Assembly: GCA_964187785.1 (NCBI GenBank)
Contig: OZ076409.1
Span: forward strand, 57,848,001 to 57,912,000
Direction of reading: 5' to 3'
Origin: Amphiscolops sp. MND2022
Taxonomy: Eukaryota
Length of the DNA stretch: 64,000 nucleotides
Positions 62,254 through 64,000 of this stretch are shown piece after piece. The translations under genes and the position numbers were made by a program. Under the pieces are notes generated by a model. That model saw only the letters and a program-made list of their open reading frames with translations, was not told the DNA's origin and made no database searches. Position 1 is the first letter of the stretch; each line of letters opens with the position of its first letter.

Positions 62254-63543
62254 CTAAAATAACACATAAGGCTCGACTCAGGAAAAGTATACCATCAAAA
62301 ACACAACAGAAACTTCAGTTTGCCGACTAATGGTTTAGTCACTCAAATGGATAATTTGAAGTACGTATGGCTGTGGATCTGCTCTGAGTTGCGCAACCAC
62401 CTCCATTCCCAAAAAATTAAACTGAAACCCGGGTAACTGAATTACACATACGAGAAGTGAAACGCATCATACAAAGTCTGAAACTATTTAGATTTCTTCA
62501 TTGGAATACGCTAAAAGGTATTTCAGATACAGAAAAGGTATTTCGAAATACTTTATTATTTTTCATATCGGATCGTATGAAGGTATGATTTTGTGTACGT
62601 TTTGAATAGCACAGAGACATAAGATTTTGACTCCAAGTGTTAGCTAGGGAGAGCAAAACTTCTTTCCCTAAAAAATTTCAAAAATTGCATAAAAATATCA
62701 ATTTTTGCTATATTTTGCGTCTATCAGAACATTTTGAATTGCGCTCTCCCTTAAAATCAATTTTGAATCCTTTCAAGAATTCACGCGACTATAAATTACT
62801 TCATTACCAAGTTTATTCGCGCAGATTGACAAAAATGCCATTCCGTTTTAGTTTCTGAATCTCATTGTTCATATGAAACATCTATGAATCTTCTTTTTTT
62901 TCTGTTGGTTTTTTGCTGTTTTTCACACAGACTGCAGTCCTACATCGATCCAGGTAGGAGCTGTTGGATCTTGGAAGAACAAAGTGTTTCAGTGGTCGTT
63001 AGTGCGTGGTTGTTATTGCGTTGGGCGCGTCCGTTTTATTCAGGCGACGACGCTTATTGATTGATATTATTGGCGTTTTCTGAAACTCCTGTTCAATTTT
63101 GTAAGCACTGATTGCAATGTCAAAAGAAAAAAGGATGAACGTCAATCGGGATAATAAAACGATATTTTACCGCGGCTATAAAGACATTCAAGACTATATC
63201 GAGCTGCTCTTGTCTTTGATGCGCACTTCGCTTGAATATTCTTTGAAATGGAGGCTTTGATCTTAGACCGTGTTCAGATTAGATGCACCGTGTCATTAAA
63301 TATGAAACACATTTATGGTTTAACATTTTCTTTAATTTTAGGTCACCTAGTCACCATAACCATCATCTCAAAACTTGGAATCAAAAATCAAATTAATTAA
63401 TTCGAAAATCCAACAAATTTTTTTCAACTATTCACTTTTGACGGCCTAGATCATTTGTCTGTTCAAGTGTCTGGACTTCCATTCAAAAATTACAGATCTG
63501 TACAGATTGCTGCAGAAAAATGTTTTTAATTTATATAACATTT

Positions 63544-64000
63544 TTAGTCGACGCTTTTCTTAAGAAAAGAGCCCGACTATTACAGTCACTTGTTTTTTTT
63601 ATTATTTAAGACAGACTCGAAGCGACGAACGTTAAAATTAACGTTCAACTACTAAATACAGTACTAAACTACTGGACCGGTAAAGGCAAACGGGGAGCGC
63701 ATTCATTTACTTTTTAAACGTTACCTACAAGCCCGGACGGGACTAAAGGGTCCCCCTTTTGATTTTTTTTGGCACTGCGATTTTTTATCGAAAATTTTTT
63801 AATGTCCCCAAAGGGTCCCCCCTTTGAGTTTTTTGTTATTTTGCTACAGAATGCGTGTTTATAAATCAAAAAGGGTCCCCCCTTTTACATTTTTCGGCAC
63901 TGTGCGACATTTTCCGGAAGAATTTTTTTTCGAAAATTTCAAGTTTTTTTCCAAAAAAAATGTTTTGCGCTTTTTGAGCCTTAGATATAGCGCCGACTTG
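63544..64000 (+). mobile_element. HINE-like element, runs off the window end
   Basis: Head TTAGTCGACGC..GAGCCCGACTATTACAG, AAAGGGTCCCCCC central repeats, tail GAGCCTTAGATATAGCGCCGACTT matching the reverse complement of 23071-23095. Confidence 0.8.

Noticed and set aside
62900..62960. Plus-strand 23-nt micro-exon (..CACACAG|ACTG..CCAG|GTAGGA) antisense to TCF
   Set aside because: No partner exons or recognisable product; such motifs arise by chance.

Overview
Eukaryotic (metazoan, AT-rich, invertebrate-like) genomic DNA; the species cannot be fixed from the sequence. The first ~52 kb is mostly nested transposable elements: a Tc1/mariner DD34E element whose otherwise intact transposase is split by a 907-bp GT..AG insert; a degraded APE-RT LINE between ~600-bp direct repeats; several MITEs; a Helentron/HINE-like non-autonomous family; a full-length BEL/Pao LTR retrotransposon (ACCTT TSD) inserted just after the gag ATG of a degraded Copia element; and Gypsy-like LTR remnants. 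The last ~10 kb holds five 3' coding exons of a minus-strand TCF/LEF (pangolin-like) gene with an HMG box, basic tail and split CRARF C-clamp; its 5' part lies beyond the window. Most unusual observations: (1) both BEL LTRs carry a tRNA-geometry Pol III cassette (A box, B box, T-run), and the element has an intact extra SGNH-esterase-like ORF ahead of gag; (2) the Tc1 insert looks like an introner whose removal restores a full 333-aa transposase; (3) Gypsy-like LTRs are about two-thirds protein-coding and read through the PBS; (4) the TCF introns contain clustered TCF HMG sites and C-clamp helper sites. All coordinates and identities were read by eye; no database searches were run.
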